A stretch of DNA of 64,000 nt from Stegostoma tigrinum (lineage: Eukaryota), in contig NC_081387.1 in NCBI RefSeq assembly GCF_030684315.1, positions 6,242,497-6,306,496 of the forward strand, written 5' to 3'. Below are positions 61,210 through 64,000 of this stretch, one piece after another (position 1 is the first letter of the stretch; every line of letters begins with the position of its first letter). The translations under genes and the position numbers were made by a program. A model generated the notes under the pieces. It made no database searches and was not told the DNA's origin. It saw only the letters and a list, made by a program, of their open reading frames with translations.

Positions 61210-64000
61210 CCTCCAGACCCTGCCTCACCCTCCCGGACACTGTTAAAACCCACCAGACTACCTTCATTCCCTTCCAGACCCTGTCTCACCCTCCCGGACA
61301 CTGTTAAAACCCAGCAGACTAAATTCACTCCCTTCCATACCCTGCCTCACCCTCACGGACACTGTTAAAACCCACCAGACTAACTTCACTCCCTTCCTGA
61401 CCCTGTCTCACCCTCCCGGACACTGTTAAAACCCACCAGACTAAATTCACTCCCTTCCATACCCTGCCTCACCCTCACGTACACTGTTAAAACCCACCAA
61501 ACTAAATTCACTCCCATCCATACCCTGCCTCACCCTCCCAGGCACTGTTAAACCCCACCAGACTAAATTCACTCCCTTCCTGACCCAGTCTCACCCTCCC
61601 AGACACTGTTAAAACCCACCAGACTAAATTCACTCCTATCCTGATCCTGCCTCACTCTCCCAGACAGTGTTAAATCCCACGAGACTAAATTCACTCCCTT
61701 CCTGACCCAGTCTCACCCTCCCGGACACTGTTAAAACCCACCAGACAAATTCACTCCCTTCCTGACCCTGTCTCACCCTCCCAGACACTGTTAAAACCCA
61801 CCAGACTAAATTCACTCCCTTCCTGACCCAGTCTCACCCTCCCGGACACTGTTAAAACCCACCAGACCAATTCACTCTCTTCCTGACCCTGTCTCACCCT
61901 CCCAGACACTGTTAAAACCCACCAGACTGAATTCACTCCTATCCTGATTCTGCCTCACCCTCCCAGACACTGTTAAAACCCACCAGACTAAATTCACTCC
62001 CTTCCTGACACAGTCTCACCCTCCCAGACACTGTTAAAACCCACCAGACTAAATTCACTCCTATCCTGATCCTGCCTCACCCTCCCGGACACTGTTAAAA
62101 CCCACCAGACTAAATTCACTCCCTTCCTGACCCAGTCTCACCCTCCCAGACACTGTTAAAACCCACCAGACTAAATTCACTCCTATCCTGATCCTGCCTC
62201 ACCCTCCCAGACAGTGTAAAAACCCACCAGACTAAATTCACTCCCTTCCTGACCCAGTCTCACCCTCCCAGACACTGTTAAAACCCACCAGACTAAATTC
62301 ACTCCAATCCATAGCCTGCCTCACCCTCCCAGACACTGTTAAAACCCACCAGACCAATTCACTCCCTTCCTGACCGTGTCTCACCCTCCTAGACGCTGTT
62401 AAAACCCACCAGACTAAATTCACTCCCATCCATACCCTGCCTCACCCTCCCAGGCACTGTTAAAACCCACCAGACTAAATTCACTCCCTTCCTGACCCAG
62501 TCTCACCCTCCCGGACACTGTTAAAACCCACCAGACCAATTCACTCCCTTCCTGACCCAGTCTCACCCCCCCAGACACTGTTTAAACCCACCAGACTAAA
62601 TTCACTCCCTTCCTGATCCTGTCTCACCCTCCCGGACACTGTTTAAACCCACCAGACTAAATTCACTCCCTTCCTGACCCAGTCAAACCCTCCCGGACAC
62701 TGTTAAAACCCACCAGACTAAATTCACTCCTATCCTGATCCTGCCTCACCCTCCCAGACACTGTTAAAACCCACCAGACTAAACTCACTCCCTTCCTGAC
62801 CCAGTCTCACCCTCCCAGGCACTGTTAAAACCCACCAGACTAAATTCACTCCCTTCCTGACCCAGTCAAACCCTCCCGGACACTGTTAAAACCCACCAGA
62901 CTAAACTCACTCCTATCCTGATTCTGCCTCACCCTCCCAGATGGAGTTAAAACCCACCAGACTAAATTCACTCCCTTCCTGAACCAGTCAAACCCTCCCG
63001 GACACTGTTAAAACCCACCAGACTAAATTCACTCCTATCCTGATCCTGCCTCACCATCCCTGATGCAGTTAAAACCCACCAGACTAAATTCACTCCCTTC
63101 CTGACCCTGTCTCACCCTCCCGGACACTGTTAAAAACCCACCAGACTAAATTCACTCCCTTCCTGGCCCAGTCTCACCCTCCCGGACACTGTTAAAACCC
63201 ATCAGACTAAATTCACTCCCCCGCCCCGATCCTGCCTCACCCTTTCGGACACTGTTAAAACCCACCAGACTAAATTCACTCCCTTCCTGACCCAGTCTCA
63301 CCCTCCCAGACACTGTTAAAACCCACCAGACTAAATTCACTCCTATCCTGATCCTGCCTCACTCTCCCAGACAGTGTTAAAACCCACGAGACTAAATTCA
63401 CTCCCTTCCTGACCCAGTCTCACCCTCCGAGACACTGTGAAAACCCACCAGACTAAATTCTCTCCTATCCTGATCCTGCCTCACTACCCCCAGACACTGT
63501 TAAAACCCACCAGACTAAATTCACTCCCTTCCTGATCCTGCTCACCCTCCCAGATGCAGTTAAAACCCACCAGACTAAATTCACTCCCTTCCTGATCCTG
63601 CCTCACCCTCCCAGACACTGTTTAAACCCACCAGACTAAATTCACTCCCTTCCTGACCCAGTCTCACCCTCCCAGACATTGTTAAAACCCACCAGACTAA
63701 ATTGACTCCTATCCTGATCCTGCCTCACCGTCCCAGACACTGTTAAAACCCACCAGACTAAATTCACTCCCTTCCTGACCCAGTCTCACCCTCCCGGACA
63801 CTGTTAAAACCCACCAGACTAAATTCACTCCCCCCTGCCGATCCTGCCACACCCTCCCGGACACTGTTAAAACCCACCAGACCAATTCACTCCCTTCCTG
63901 ATCCAGTCTCACCCTCCCGGACACTGTTAAAACCCACCAGACCAATTCACTCCCTTCCTGACCCTGTCTCACCCTCCCAGATGCAGTTAAAACCCACCAG
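61210..64000. repeat. 61-bp minisatellite array, ~45 copies, continues past the window end
   Basis: cagactaaattcactcccttcctgacccagtctcaccctcccagacactgttaaaacccac repeated with variant units. Confidence 0.98.

Noticed and set aside
61210-64000. Regular repeat array resembling a CRISPR array or a repeat-protein ORF
   Set aside because: There are no unique spacers, the context is eukaryotic, and the 61-bp unit shifts frame, so the short ORFs are artefacts.

Overview
Vertebrate genomic DNA, almost certainly from a shark (HE1-type tRNA-derived SINEs, shark-type CR1 and Penelope repeats, shark-like MHC exons). The window holds two divergently transcribed, intron-containing, nonclassical-looking MHC class I heavy-chain genes. 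Gene A (- strand): leader 33320-33371, alpha1 26062-26322, alpha2 9010-9285, alpha3 8538-8804, probable TM exon cut by the window edge at 1-60. Gene B (+ strand): leader 40918-40969, alpha1 42235-42495, alpha2 52437-52712, alpha3 52831-53109, TM 60186-60293, cytoplasmic 60699-60731. All reconstructed exons are open, GT-AG bounded and phase 1. The introns are packed with retroelements (Tx1/L1-clade LINEs, CR1 LINEs, Penelope-like elements, Gypsy LTR remnants, SINEs), and a 61-bp minisatellite fills the last 2.8 kb. Most notable: (1) two head-to-tail Tx1 retrotransposons sit at one exact position inside the hammerhead-ribozyme-like motif of a small Penelope-derived element, and each carries a diverged copy of the target at its own 5' end; (2) the two MHC genes share a near-identical leader exon/intron module although their alpha1 domains are only about 28% identical; (3) gene B lacks the canonical alpha2 disulfide and the N86 glycan site. 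Repeat boundaries were judged by eye and are approximate.
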